A DNA stretch of 64,000 nucleotides, from the NCBI GenBank assembly GCA_040880345.1, contig JBBDIQ010000034.1, positions 20,566-84,565 on the forward strand, in the 5' to 3' direction. The translations under genes were made by a program, and so were the position numbers. The notes under the pieces are model-generated. The model had not been told where the DNA came from and made no database searches. It saw only the letters and a list, made by a program, of their open reading frames with translations. This DNA comes from Flavobacteriaceae bacterium. Its GTDB lineage: Bacteria > Bacteroidota > Bacteroidia > Flavobacteriales > Flavobacteriaceae. Position 1 is the first letter of the stretch. Every line of letters begins with the position of its first letter. This document shows, one piece after another, positions 36,067-47,190 of this stretch.

Positions 36067-36094
36067 GTGTATGGGTAGTGTATGCGGGTGTATG
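36067..36094. repeat. Three GTGTATG heptamers at 10-11 bp period
   Basis: Starts at 36067, 36078 and 36088. Confidence 0.6.
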
Positions 36095-36186
36095 AAAAGC
36101 CCAGAAACAGTTTGCAAACCACAAACCTGCGATATTCCGTATCTAAGCTTCAACCCTGCACTCTTTTTTAAAAATCTCTGACCTCG

Positions 36187-38784
36187 TCAATCCCTTACTT
36201 CGGGAACCCCGATGCCGGGCCCGAAAAACAGGGCATTAAAGAAAAGCTTGCTCGTGCCCAGCCAGGTGCCCCGGAAATTCGGGTTGTCCACAAAGGAAAT
36301 CACCCTTCCGGCACCCGCTTTGCTCACCAAAACCGAAGCCGTGCCGGGCAGCTTTTCCAGGTTTTCCTTGGAAATATAACCGCTTACAAGTGGTTTTTCC
36401 TTATAAAGGGCCACAGTGCTGTAAGGGTTTTCAGCAGGTTTTAAAAACAGGTTGCTGTTCCTGTACACGTGCAGCGTTCTGTCGCTATACCCAAAGCCCA
36501 GCGGATGCGTGATATCCAAGTCCACGGCATAAATGGAGCCGCCAATAATCTTGGCACCTTCCCGCCCGGCAGCACTGGCATAATCAAAGCGACGACGTTC
36601 TGCTTCTCCTTTGGAAAGCGTGTCTTTTTGGTGCAGCAGTTCTTCCTTGATCAGTTCTTTGTCAATCGCCCAGCTCACGGCCGACTTCTGGCAGATAAGG
36701 GTTCCGCCTTGTTCTGTCCAGGTTTTGATCCGCTTGACATCAGCATCAGACAGCAGGTCGTAATTGCCGTTGACAAGAATCAGGGTGGTGTACTCCTGCA
36801 GGCGCACCCTCCCGAAATCGAGCAGGTCCACCTTTGCAAAAGGCAGCTGAAGCTTGCTGTCGAGCAGGTGCCAGACTTCCCCGGCCTCATAAATGGAAAC
36901 CCCTTCACCGATGAGCATTAACGGCTTCACGGGCTTTACAAGCCGGAAATTATTGCTACCCGGGTCGATACCCTCGGAACTCAGTCCGGTTTTGGCGGCG
37001 TAAACGGGTAGCTGGTTTTCGTTGGCCAGCGCCTGTACCAGTTCGTATAACGCGTCTGCACTCATTTTTTGACCGGCTACCGGCAGCAGGATGCTTCCGT
37101 AACCGAATTCCTGCATCCCGGTTTCAGTTTGCAGTGTAAAAGGCTGATAGGCGGTCTTGACCAGCAGCTCATGCTGCAGCAGCTGTTGCAGCATTTTGGG
37201 GGCATTGTAATCGGTCCAGCTAAAGAGGTAGGCGTAATTGCTTTTGGCAACCGAAAAGGCTTTTGGCTCCAGAAAACCGCCGTCTATCTTTTTGCCCAGC
37301 ATGCCCGGCTGAAATTCTTTTTGGCTTAAAGGTGAGGTTGGCAGCCCGTAAGCGTGCACCATAGACCAGGCCGAAGCGTCATAAAACAGGCTGTCATAAA
37401 ATTTGGTGACCGTGTCAAACATCGTGGCCGCCATGCGAAATTGCGCCTGCTCAGCGGGCACGATAAAGCTTTTCCCTTTCGGAAACTGCTTTCCCTTTAC
37501 CTTGATATCCCCGGCGGCCTCATAGACGTCTATTTTGTGGCGGAGCAGCAGGTCCATAAACTGCTTTGTCCTGTTTTGATCGCCGCCATCGCTGAAAACA
37601 TACCCCCTGGCAGGATGCTGCCGCGCCTGGGTAATAGCCGACTCAAAAAATTCCTTCTGATGCCGTAAAAAGACATTTTTATTTTCCAAAGTCCCCTTGA
37701 TGGTTGCCAGGCTGTTTACCACGTGATTGCGGATGGTAAAAGCAAACGAAAGGTCGCCATGAATGCTTTCCTGAAGGTGCCCGCGCGAACTCGCCTGCTC
37801 GAAAACAAGGCCCAGTCCGCCCTGTATATCGGGATAGGTCGACCCGTAGCCGGGGTAGGAATTGTCAAAAACTTCCTTGGTAAAATAGAGCGAACCGATC
37901 GCTTCCATCGCCCTGGCAAAATAGGGGGCAAGCAGGTTGTTCAGCCCGTCATAGTTGCTTCTGGGGATGATGGGGTTTTCAGACCCGTAAGGTTTGGTAG
38001 GCTCAAAAAAATAGGTGGTGTTGGTCCCCATCTCGTGAAAATCGGTCACTACATTGGGATACCAGGTGTGGTAAAACTTTATCCTTGCTTTGCTTTCGGT
38101 ATGCACCAGCGGCAGCCAGTCGCGGTTCAAATCAAACCAGTAGTGGTTGACCCTTCCTCCCGGCCATACCTCGTTATGCTCCCGGTCACGGCTGTCTGCC
38201 ACCGGCGGAAAACCGCGGTGCATATTGGCCCAATTGGTATGACGATCACGCCCATCCGGATTTAAAACGGGCTCCATAAAGAAGACCGCGTCCTTCAGGT
38301 AGTTGATCACTTCGGGTTCTTCAGAGGCGGTGAGGTACCAGGCCGTCAGCATGGCCGCCTCACTGCTGGAAGGCTCGTTGCCATGAACACTGTATCCCAG
38401 CTGCAGGATTACCGGCATGGTATTCAGATCCGGTAGAGGTGCTTCCGGATCAATAAGCCGTAAATGTTCTTGTCTGATGTTTTCCAGGTTGCCGTAATTA
38501 TCACTACTGGTAATGGTAGCCACGATCATCGGTCTTTTCTCGTAGGTTTCCCCTATCTGCTGCACGTGCACCCTGTCTGAAACACGGGCCAGTTCATAAA
38601 AGTAAGCCACCAGCCGGTCGTGGCGGGTGTGAAAATCACCTATGGGATATCCCAGGAATTCTTCAGGCGTGGGGATGGCTTTATTAAAAGGTCCTTTATT
38701 CGGAAAAAAATAATCCTGCTGCGCTGTCGCGGAAGCAGAAACGAATAGGAGAAAAAACAGGCATTTGGCAAAGATAGGATTCAT
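36187..38784 (-). CDS. M14 family zinc carboxypeptidase with C-terminal glutamine-amidotransferase-like domain
   Basis: Signal peptide, HTRHD, SVHGNE, NPDG, DLNRDW, DFHEM. Confidence 0.87.
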   Translation of the reverse strand: MNPIFAKCLFFLLFVSASATAQQDYFFPNKGPFNKAIPTPEEFLGYPIGDFHTRHDRLVAYFYELARVSDRVHVQQIGETYEKRPMIVATITSSDNYGNLENIRQEHLRLIDPEAPLPDLNTMPVILQLGYSVHGNEPSSSEAAMLTAWYLTASEEPEVINYLKDAVFFMEPVLNPDGRDRHTNWANMHRGFPPVADSRDREHNEVWPGGRVNHYWFDLNRDWLPLVHTESKARIKFYHTWYPNVVTDFHEMGTNTTYFFEPTKPYGSENPIIPRSNYDGLNNLLAPYFARAMEAIGSLYFTKEVFDNSYPGYGSTYPDIQGGLGLVFEQASSRGHLQESIHGDLSFAFTIRNHVVNSLATIKGTLENKNVFLRHQKEFFESAITQARQHPARGYVFSDGGDQNRTKQFMDLLLRHKIDVYEAAGDIKVKGKQFPKGKSFIVPAEQAQFRMAATMFDTVTKFYDSLFYDASAWSMVHAYGLPTSPLSQKEFQPGMLGKKIDGGFLEPKAFSVAKSNYAYLFSWTDYNAPKMLQQLLQHELLVKTAYQPFTLQTETGMQEFGYGSILLPVAGQKMSADALYELVQALANENQLPVYAAKTGLSSEGIDPGSNNFRLVKPVKPLMLIGEGVSIYEAGEVWHLLDSKLQLPFAKVDLLDFGRVRLQEYTTLILVNGNYDLLSDADVKRIKTWTEQGGTLICQKSAVSWAIDKELIKEELLHQKDTLSKGEAERRRFDYASAAGREGAKIIGGSIYAVDLDITHPLGFGYSDRTLHVYRNSNLFLKPAENPYSTVALYKEKPLVSGYISKENLEKLPGTASVLVSKAGAGRVISFVDNPNFRGTWLGTSKLFFNALFFGPGIGVPEVRD

Positions 38785-39067
38785 TGGGTTTTATTTTTTG
38801 AAAACTAAAGATACGTATTATTCAGTAAAAGAAAACGGAAGTTGCTTTGAGGTAGTGATTAGTGATTAGTGATCAGGGTGAGCAAAATCACATCCCGAAA
38901 GTATTCCGAATATGCCTTAACTAAAGTTACTTTAAGAATGCCTGGCAAGTAGCTTGAAGTTGCAGTGAAGAGGGCTTGATTTTATAGAAAAGTATTCCAA
39001 CTTTAAGCGGGTTGTTAATTTTAAAATAAGCTTAAAGTTTTCCCAAAAATATATTTATATTTCCCGA

Positions 39068-42000
39068 ATGAAAAAAATACTATTGCCACTTATCATTTTG
39101 ATGTCCACCTTGGTTATTGGACAGGAGAAACTCTCATTTATAGATATTGAAGCATTGCAAAAGCAAGCCGGTGAAAGCATCCGGGAGGGTGACTTTGCAA
39201 AAACCCTTGAGTTGCTGGAAAAAATCCCGGCAAACGATTCTGTGTATTGCTCATCGCTTGTCTCCAGGACCTACTATTTACTTCAACTGGACAGAAATGA
39301 AGAGGTAATTGCACTTTCAAATGCCGGTTTAGAAGACGACTGTGAAGATTCTGATTTGTATTTTTATATCAACCGCGGCGTGGCTTATGAGTCTTTAGAA
39401 CAATATGACCTGGCCATAAAAACCTATGATGAGGCCCTTGTAAAACATTCTAAATATGCCCAACTATGGTATAATAAAGGGGTAGTGCTTGAGAAAATGG
39501 GTGAAATAAATCAAGCAATCACTCATTATCAACAAGCTATTTTGCTAAATCCACTTTATGCAAGTCCGCACCTCAGGTTAGGTAACATTTGCTACACGCA
39601 AAATAAACTTGCCCAGGCTATGATGGCTATAAATATGTACCTGATTCTCGATATTGAAGGCACAAGCGCACTGGCTGTATTGGTAGGGCTAAACGAAAAA
39701 GTGTCAGTTAAAAACCCGAATACCCCAGACCCGGAGCTGCAAATTTCTGAAGATGAGCAATCCTTTGAAATGATTGACCTGATTCTGGATAACCGCATCG
39801 CTTTGAATGCAAATTATGAGACCGGCAATAAAATTAAATTCCCTGTTATTAATCAAAATCACGCTTTACTCGACCAGTTAAAAAGCTATGAAGGTGAAAC
39901 AGGGTTTTGGGCAGAAACTTACGTGCCTTTTTACAAATGGGTGGAAGCCAACGGTCATTTTAATAATTTTGCATACACCCTTTTCAACTCCACTACCAAT
40001 GCTGACTATCAAAAGATAATCAATTCTGAAAAAGAAAACATTATTTCATTTGTTGAAAAAGCCTACTCCAAATGGGCCGAGATTTTATCAAACAGTACTT
40101 TTCGCATACCGGAAGAAGAAGAAGGGATGTATTATAATTATTCCAACAATTATCTGGAAGCGGTTGGGAAGATGGAGAACAATGTCGTTTCGGGTAGTTG
40201 GTCTTTCTATACGAATAAAGGAGCGTTTTCAGCTAAAGGTCAATTTGACATAAAAGGAAAGCGTGATGGTAACTGGATTTGGTACTACCCTGACGGAACA
40301 GTAAAAGAAACGGCTACTTTTAAAAATGGGCTGGTAGAAGGCAAAAACACATTCAATTTTCCAAATGGCAAACCCAATTATGTTGCTCAATTTAAAAATG
40401 ATGAACTGGATGGAGAGTACCTGCTTTATAACGAGAAGGGAGCCTTGTTTCACAAAAAACATTTCAAGAATGGGAAACTTGACGGTGTTTTTAACAGCTA
40501 TTTTGACGTGGGCGAAGCAATTCCTGAATTTTATGTAGAGTATAAAAACGGCGAACTTGACGGAGTTGTCAGGGAGTATTATTCAAACGGCACGATTTAT
40601 AATGAGTATAGCGCCAGAAACGGTTCCAAAGAAGGATTGGAAAAAAGCTATTACCTCACCGGGAATTTATATTCAGAATACAACTATGTTGATGGAGAGT
40701 TGCAAGGGCCTTACAAAAGGTATCATGAAAACGGCCAACTCATGGAAACGGGCACTTATGTATCTGGTTCCATTGAAGGTCCTGTAAAACTGTTTTACTC
40801 TGATGGAACTCCTGAAGAAGAGCTCGTTTATGAAAAGGGCAAGGTTCAGGGCATTTACAAAACCTTTGCCCGCGACGGAAAGCTTCATCTTGAATATGAA
40901 TATAATAAAGGTGAAATTATTGCCTATACCTTTTACGACAAATCAGGCAACAAGATTGGTGAAGGCAGAAAACGCAGAGGAGCGTTTTATTTCAAAGGTT
41001 TTAATCCTTACGGGCAAATCTTTTCAGAAGGGCGTTACAATGTTTCCGGCGGAAAAACGGGCAACTGGAAGTATTATACTGATAACGGAGTACTACTGTC
41101 TTCAGCAAATTACAATGAAGATGTTCTCGAGGGTGAATATGTGGATTATTACCTCAATGGTGATAAAAAGATGATATCCAATTACAACAATGGCGCAGTG
41201 GAAGGGTATTATGCAGACTACCACCCCAATGGTAAGATGTCAACTCAGGGATGGTATAAAAATGACACCCGCCAGGGAGTGTGGCATACATATTATTTAG
41301 ACGGAACCCAAGAGTCAATTTTATATTATCACAAGAACCAATTGAACGGTTTGCAACACTACTTTTCCCGCTCGGGAAAACCGGTTTCCCACTCTATGTT
41401 TAAATTTGGAGACCCGCTCTATCAGGAACACTTTGATATTAACGGAACCATGTACAGCCGGGAAGAGTACACACCGCAAAAAAACACTTATACCGTGAGT
41501 AATGCTTACGTCAACGGAAACCCCAACTATGAAACCACTTATGTTAACGGAGTGAAGCATGGAGCCTATACTATTTACACTTTTAACGGTAAAAAAAGAT
41601 TAAGCGGCAATTACCTCAACGGGAAAAAGCACGGAACTTGGACCTGGTTTTATGAGAATGGCCAACCGGAAACCGTTATTAATTATTTGCTTGACGAATT
41701 ACAAGGCGAGTACATTTCCTATTATGAGAATGGTCAAGCGGAATTAAGATATTATTACAATCTCGGGAAGAAAACAGGAACCTGGTATACCTATCATGAA
41801 AATGGAAACACCCACACATACACAACTCACATTGATGATGAAATACATGGCAGAAAAGAGTTTTACTGTCCGGAAGGAAATCTGCAATTAGTACGTTTAT
41901 ATGAATATGGCAGATTATTGGGGTATACTTATCTGGGGACTAACAATGTTGAAGTATCACCCATACTGCTTGAAAATGAAACAGGACCCATTATCAGTTA

Positions 42001-42355
42001 CTACCCTAACGGGAAAATTGCCCGCGAGATGGAATATAAAAACGGGAAAAATATTAATGTGTACAAATCTTACTACATCACCGGGCAGGTGAAAAATGAA
42101 ACCCCTTATGTGGATGGATATTATCACGGTACATTAAGAGAGTATTACCCTAACGGCAATGTCAAAGAGGAGTTGCCCTATTTGTATGACAATTTGCACG
42201 GTCTGGTTAAAAAGTATTGGGAAAATGGAAACATTCGTGAAGAAATCACTTACCTAAACCACCGTAAAGAGGGAGATGCCCGATACTACGATGAAAACGG
42301 AAAACTTATTAGAACAGAAAAATACTTTGATGGTGAAATTTATGAAATTGAATAA
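39068..42355 (+). CDS. Exported TPR plus MORN-variant repeat protein
   Basis: Signal peptide, N-terminal TPRs (YINRGVAY, WYNKGV), many G.W..YY.NG..K repeats. Confidence 0.85.
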   Translation: MKKILLPLIILMSTLVIGQEKLSFIDIEALQKQAGESIREGDFAKTLELLEKIPANDSVYCSSLVSRTYYLLQLDRNEEVIALSNAGLEDDCEDSDLYFYINRGVAYESLEQYDLAIKTYDEALVKHSKYAQLWYNKGVVLEKMGEINQAITHYQQAILLNPLYASPHLRLGNICYTQNKLAQAMMAINMYLILDIEGTSALAVLVGLNEKVSVKNPNTPDPELQISEDEQSFEMIDLILDNRIALNANYETGNKIKFPVINQNHALLDQLKSYEGETGFWAETYVPFYKWVEANGHFNNFAYTLFNSTTNADYQKIINSEKENIISFVEKAYSKWAEILSNSTFRIPEEEEGMYYNYSNNYLEAVGKMENNVVSGSWSFYTNKGAFSAKGQFDIKGKRDGNWIWYYPDGTVKETATFKNGLVEGKNTFNFPNGKPNYVAQFKNDELDGEYLLYNEKGALFHKKHFKNGKLDGVFNSYFDVGEAIPEFYVEYKNGELDGVVREYYSNGTIYNEYSARNGSKEGLEKSYYLTGNLYSEYNYVDGELQGPYKRYHENGQLMETGTYVSGSIEGPVKLFYSDGTPEEELVYEKGKVQGIYKTFARDGKLHLEYEYNKGEIIAYTFYDKSGNKIGEGRKRRGAFYFKGFNPYGQIFSEGRYNVSGGKTGNWKYYTDNGVLLSSANYNEDVLEGEYVDYYLNGDKKMISNYNNGAVEGYYADYHPNGKMSTQGWYKNDTRQGVWHTYYLDGTQESILYYHKNQLNGLQHYFSRSGKPVSHSMFKFGDPLYQEHFDINGTMYSREEYTPQKNTYTVSNAYVNGNPNYETTYVNGVKHGAYTIYTFNGKKRLSGNYLNGKKHGTWTWFYENGQPETVINYLLDELQGEYISYYENGQAELRYYYNLGKKTGTWYTYHENGNTHTYTTHIDDEIHGRKEFYCPEGNLQLVRLYEYGRLLGYTYLGTNNVEVSPILLENETGPIISYYPNGKIAREMEYKNGKNINVYKSYYITGQVKNETPYVDGYYHGTLREYYPNGNVKEELPYLYDNLHGLVKKYWENGNIREEITYLNHRKEGDARYYDENGKLIRTEKYFDGEIYEIE

Positions 42356-44279
42356 AGTTAAAAAAGAGGTATTGCTGCTGTTAGCATTGCTCATAGTAAC
42401 CGGAGTCCAGGCACAACTTAAAGATGAGTTTTCACTCTATAAGGAAAATTATCCCAACGCCGGGAAAGTGCGGTTGAATCAGGAAAAGCATGTTTCACTG
42501 AGTATAAACCGTGGAACTATCGATATCATTCAGGAAATACTTGAAGAAGACTTGTACCTTGATGAATCTGCCATAAACCGGGCGAAAAAGTCAGTTAACT
42601 TTTCTGCGTTTTTTGAAATGCAGTCTATAGAAGCTTCATCTTTTATTCCTGATCGGGATAAATTCAGGGAAATAAAAGTCTCAACATTTACTGAAAAAGA
42701 CGAGATGGAATATTCTTTCCACGATGATATGCGCTCACTAAATTTTATTTTCCCCGACCTGAAGAAAGGAGCCAAGTCCAAAATGAAGTATTCTGAAAAG
42801 GTACTGAACCCAAGGTTTTTGAGTCCGTTTTATTTTGGTGATTATTTCCCGGTCATCAACAATACATTTACGATTACAGCCCATAAGGACATCAACCTCA
42901 TATTCAAGGAATTTCATACGGAAGGATATAATATCAGCTTTCGCGAAAGCGAGAAAGGAAACAACAAAATATACAGCTGGCAACTGAAAGACCTTCCTGA
43001 TTTTAAACCCGAAAACGATGCGCCAAATTACAAAACGTTTATTCCACACATAATCCCCATCATAACCTCCTATAAAGCCAACGGAAACACTGTGAATGTA
43101 CTTCAGGATGTGTCTGACCTGTACAGCTGGTATCACTCGCTGACCAAAGACCTCAACAAAGAAGCCCCGGACCCACAACTGGTGAGTCTTGTCAATGAAC
43201 TTACGGCAGGTAAAGAAAATGAATTTGAAAAGGTAAGGGCCATCTATTACTGGACACAGAAGAATATCAAATACATTGCTTTTGAATATGCCCTGGGTGG
43301 GTTTATACCCCGCGAAGCCAATGCCGTGTTTGAGAAAAAATATGGCGACTGCAAAGACAATTCCAGCATCCTCAAACAAATGCTTGAAATTGCCGGGATT
43401 GACGGACAACTCACCTGGATAGGAACCCGAAAAATACCTTATACCTATGAGGAGATACCCACGCCCTTGGTTGACAACCATATGATACTGGCTTATGTAT
43501 ATCAGGATAAAACCTATTATCTGGATGCCACCGGAAGGTATTTGCCGCTGGAACTTCCAGCACCTTTTATTCAGGGTAAGGAGGCTTTAATAGCAATGCC
43601 CGGTGGGAATTACAGGATAGAAACGGTACCTGTGGTACCTGCCTCTGAAAATGCATTTATTGATGTTACTCATTTAAAAATTGAAGGAAACACCCTTACG
43701 GGAAGCTCAAAAACCGAAATCACCGGTTATGCAAAACTGGACTATTTCAATGCCCTGGAACAACTCAATACACCGGATAGAATCAAGCAATTCTATAACA
43801 CTCACTTTAGAAAAGGCAGCAACAAGTTTTTGATAGAGACATTTGAGGAACAAAATAAATTTGAGTATGACAAAAACCTGCAGGTTGATTACACTTTCCA
43901 GATTGCAGATTACATAAAAAATTTAGGGGATGAGATTTTTATAAATTTAAATCTTAACAAAGATATCACCATTTTTAAAACCCGTGACGACAGGAAACAG
44001 GCTCTGGAAATGGAATACAAAAACAAATATGAAACCACCACGACGCTGGAGATTCCTGATGGATATAAAGTGTCTTTTTTGCCGAAAGATTTTGAGTTAA
44101 AAAATGAGCATATAGCTGCTTCCATCCGGTATCAAGTGGAAAATAACAAAGTGTTGTACACACACAACATTGAACAAAACTTTTTAGTTCTGCAACCTGA
44201 GCACCAAAAAGAAGTCAACGCGCTTATCAAAGAGATTGAAAGAGCATACAGAGAAATAATCATATTAGAAAAAATTTAA
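42342..44279 (+). CDS. DUF3857 plus transglutaminase-like domain protein, catalytic triad intact
   Basis: ATG 42342 preferred; GDCKD, NHMI, YLDAT. Confidence 0.85.
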   Translation: MKLNKVKKEVLLLLALLIVTGVQAQLKDEFSLYKENYPNAGKVRLNQEKHVSLSINRGTIDIIQEILEEDLYLDESAINRAKKSVNFSAFFEMQSIEASSFIPDRDKFREIKVSTFTEKDEMEYSFHDDMRSLNFIFPDLKKGAKSKMKYSEKVLNPRFLSPFYFGDYFPVINNTFTITAHKDINLIFKEFHTEGYNISFRESEKGNNKIYSWQLKDLPDFKPENDAPNYKTFIPHIIPIITSYKANGNTVNVLQDVSDLYSWYHSLTKDLNKEAPDPQLVSLVNELTAGKENEFEKVRAIYYWTQKNIKYIAFEYALGGFIPREANAVFEKKYGDCKDNSSILKQMLEIAGIDGQLTWIGTRKIPYTYEEIPTPLVDNHMILAYVYQDKTYYLDATGRYLPLELPAPFIQGKEALIAMPGGNYRIETVPVVPASENAFIDVTHLKIEGNTLTGSSKTEITGYAKLDYFNALEQLNTPDRIKQFYNTHFRKGSNKFLIETFEEQNKFEYDKNLQVDYTFQIADYIKNLGDEIFINLNLNKDITIFKTRDDRKQALEMEYKNKYETTTTLEIPDGYKVSFLPKDFELKNEHIAASIRYQVENNKVLYTHNIEQNFLVLQPEHQKEVNALIKEIERAYREIIILEKI

Positions 44280-44288
44280 ACCCGACTT

Positions 44289-46259
44289 ATGAAAAACAGA
44301 TTTTTAATTGGCCTGACATTGCTTATGTCTGCTTTGATGTTTTCACAAACCACTCCATTTTATGTGACTTACAATTGGGATGAAAACCCACAATATCAAG
44401 TTGACCCGGCCACCAGTGAGGAGATACTGGGTGTCAAAAATAAAGTAGTTACTGAATTTCTCATGAGTGGAGAAAACAACCTTGAGGAATATTATCTCGA
44501 GCATAAAGTCTTATGGCTGAACTCAGACAGTGCCATTGAATATTACAATAAAATTTATCTTCCCTTTTCTTCCACTACTCAGCTAGTGGTGAACCGTGCA
44601 AGGGTCATTACTAAAGATGGCAAAGTCCTGCCGCTTGACGAATCAGACATACTCACTGCGAGTGATGAGGAAACCGGAAGACAGTACAAGTATTTTGCAT
44701 TTAAGGGGATAGAAAAAGGGACTTTTATTGAATATTATTACATTCTGAAAAAACAGCCGGAATATCAGGGTAAAAAAATCAACTTACAGTCTGATGTGGA
44801 ATGGAAGGATGTATCTTTTGACCTCTATTCTCCTGAACATTTGGTGTTTAAGGTCAAGAGCTATAACAAGCTGCCTGAAGTAAATCTCGACACACTTACT
44901 AAAGGAAAATTACACTGGGGTTTAGCGGTAGATAAAATGGATAAACTGGAAGATGAAGAGGGTTCCCCATACAATGCTATGCGTGCAGCACTCGTGTATA
45001 AACTCGATAAGAATTTATATAATAATACGCGAGATATTGTTTCTTACGGAAAAATAGCACAAAACATTTATGGATTTTATTACCCCGAGCATGGTAAGAA
45101 GACCCTTAGAGCCCTAGAAAAATTTGTTTCCGAAGCCACTACAGGTGCCGGAAAAGATGAAGTTTCACAAGTGCGAGCACTGGAATACTTCATAAAAAAC
45201 AATTTTATGAATACCCCCGGGAATTCAGAGGACCTCAAGGACATTGAAACAATTATCAGCCGCAAGGTAGCCAATGAGACCGGAATTATAAAACTATATA
45301 CCGCTGCATTAAAACTTCTCGACATCAAACATGAGATTGTGATTACCTCAGACAGGGAAGTCCTCAAGTTTGACCCTGACTTTGAAGCCATTAATTTTCT
45401 CACAGATTTCCTAATTTATTTTCCGGACTTCAAGATGTACATGTCTCCAACAGATGAGTCTTCACGCATCGGCTTTCCCCCGGCATACCTAACTGATAAC
45501 TACGGTTTATACATTAAGGAAATGACCGTTGGAAACCTCACTTCAGGTGTGGGTAAGATAGATTATATTCAACCGGTAAAAGCAGAGAAAACTTTTGATG
45601 AAATGCATGTGAATGTGACCTTTGATCCCAATGATCTGGCGATAACAGAAGTAAAGCTGGATCGCCAACTCAATGGGTATTATTCCATGTATATCCATCC
45701 ATATATGCATATAATTAAGGAAGAAGATAAAAAAGAAATCTTGGAGGGTTTTGCATTGCGTCTGGATGAAAATGCAGAGATTCTTGAAAAAGAGGTGCGC
45801 AACGGAGATTCAAAATTATTTGGCATAAAGCCGTTACAATTTGTGTTGCAGTTTCGTTCAGAGGCATTTATAGAAAAAGCAGGAAATAAATATTTGTTTA
45901 AAATAGGCGAAATTATTGGGGAACAAATACAACTTTATCAGGAAAAACAGCGTGTGCTGCCCATGGAAACTGAATTCCAACGCAGTTATTACCGCACTTT
46001 AACAGTTGAAATCCCCGAAGGCTATAAAATAGCCAACCCTGATGACCTGATTATCAACAATGTGTATTTTAACAACAAGCGAGAGGAGATTTTGTCCTTC
46101 CAATCCAGTTATACGATTGAAAATAACATCCTTACCATTAAGGCAGATGAGCATTACCGTCAAAACTTTATAGACGTTGAAATTTATGAACAATACCGCA
46201 CAGTAATCAACAGCGCCGCAGATTTTAATAAAATCACTTTAATTCTGGAGGAAATTTAA
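44289..46259 (+). CDS. DUF3857 domain protein with degenerate transglutaminase domain
   Basis: Same architecture as the upstream gene but ANETGII replaces the catalytic Cys motif. Confidence 0.8.
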   Translation: MKNRFLIGLTLLMSALMFSQTTPFYVTYNWDENPQYQVDPATSEEILGVKNKVVTEFLMSGENNLEEYYLEHKVLWLNSDSAIEYYNKIYLPFSSTTQLVVNRARVITKDGKVLPLDESDILTASDEETGRQYKYFAFKGIEKGTFIEYYYILKKQPEYQGKKINLQSDVEWKDVSFDLYSPEHLVFKVKSYNKLPEVNLDTLTKGKLHWGLAVDKMDKLEDEEGSPYNAMRAALVYKLDKNLYNNTRDIVSYGKIAQNIYGFYYPEHGKKTLRALEKFVSEATTGAGKDEVSQVRALEYFIKNNFMNTPGNSEDLKDIETIISRKVANETGIIKLYTAALKLLDIKHEIVITSDREVLKFDPDFEAINFLTDFLIYFPDFKMYMSPTDESSRIGFPPAYLTDNYGLYIKEMTVGNLTSGVGKIDYIQPVKAEKTFDEMHVNVTFDPNDLAITEVKLDRQLNGYYSMYIHPYMHIIKEEDKKEILEGFALRLDENAEILEKEVRNGDSKLFGIKPLQFVLQFRSEAFIEKAGNKYLFKIGEIIGEQIQLYQEKQRVLPMETEFQRSYYRTLTVEIPEGYKIANPDDLIINNVYFNNKREEILSFQSSYTIENNILTIKADEHYRQNFIDVEIYEQYRTVINSAADFNKITLILEEI

Positions 46260-46384
46260 GAAGTTGGATTTCAAAATCATTGCTTGACGGGTCAATCATG
46301 GGGATAAAGCAAAGCATAGATACTTTATAAAGCTTACAATAACCCCCAACCCCCTCAACCCAAAAACCCCGAAACCCGCTTCAC

Positions 46385-46675
46385 TTACGTCAGCATAAGC
46401 CTGTGCATCGCCCGGGTACAGGCCACATAGAGCATTTGGCGGTCTGCGGGGGTGTGGTAGTTTTTTTCGGAAACAAAAGGCACCTCCACCAGGTGCTTAA
46501 CATCACTAAAAACGGTCAGCCCTTCCAGTCTCATCTTCAGATACAACAACGGATACACATCGCTGTACTCATAGGTAAATCCTTTTCGGGTTTTGAGGAA
46601 TTCAGGTTTTTCTATCCAGTCATAAAAGCCTTTGTAGAGCTTAAAAAAGAACTCGCGGCTTTTATTCACAAGCAT
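46385..46675 (-). pseudogene. Truncated, internally deleted duplicate of the HelD-like gene 3' end
   Basis: 46398-46480 matches 48425-48507 and 46487-46642 matches 49030-49185; the 516 nt between are missing. Confidence 0.9.
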
Positions 46676-46722
46676 TCATTTTAAATTTTATAATTTTAAA
46701 GGTCATTTACGGGAACACCCTT

Positions 46723-47190
46723 ATGTTTAAAAAAATCAGGAAAACGGCCTATTCTCCCCCCAAGTCCACCTTGTATTGGGACAGGGATTGCTCGTTTTGC
46801 CTGTACTGGAAGTTGCGCCTGCAGCGCGTTAGCGGTGAGAAAATTGATTTTGTTCCTTATCAGGAAGCCGCAGAAAATTTTAAAGACATCCCTTTAAAAG
46901 AATTCAAGAAAGCCAGCCGGCTCATCGAAGCAGACGGGCAGGTATTTTCCGGCCCCGATTCTGCTTTCAGGAGCTTGTACCTCCTTGGTGTTAAAAAATG
47001 GCATCTTTGGTATAAAAAACACCCCTGGTTTCAGTACCTCTGTGACCACGGCTACAATCATATTGCCAAAAACCGCGCTTTTTATTTCAAAATCACCAAG
47101 GCCCTTTTTGGAAGTAACCCGAGAAGGCCAAAGCCCTATTGGGTTTTTTACCTGCTTCTGCTTTTTGTTTTTTTGGTGTTTCTTGTTTAG
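46723..47190 (+). CDS. DCC1/DUF393 thiol-disulfide oxidoreductase family protein
   Basis: YWDRDCSFC (DxxCxxC), FVPYQ, Y..IAKNR. Confidence 0.85.
   Translation: MFKKIRKTAYSPPKSTLYWDRDCSFCLYWKLRLQRVSGEKIDFVPYQEAAENFKDIPLKEFKKASRLIEADGQVFSGPDSAFRSLYLLGVKKWHLWYKKHPWFQYLCDHGYNHIAKNRAFYFKITKALFGSNPRRPKPYWVFYLLLLFVFLVFLV

Noticed and set aside
36469-38265. Plus-strand ORFs of 86-180 aa opposite the M14 gene
   Set aside because: Shadow ORFs expected in higher-GC coding DNA; no motifs.
39068-42355. YwqK-type antitoxin of a toxin-antitoxin pair
   Set aside because: MORN-variant repeats attract that label, but the protein is 1095 aa with a signal peptide and TPRs, and has no adjacent toxin.
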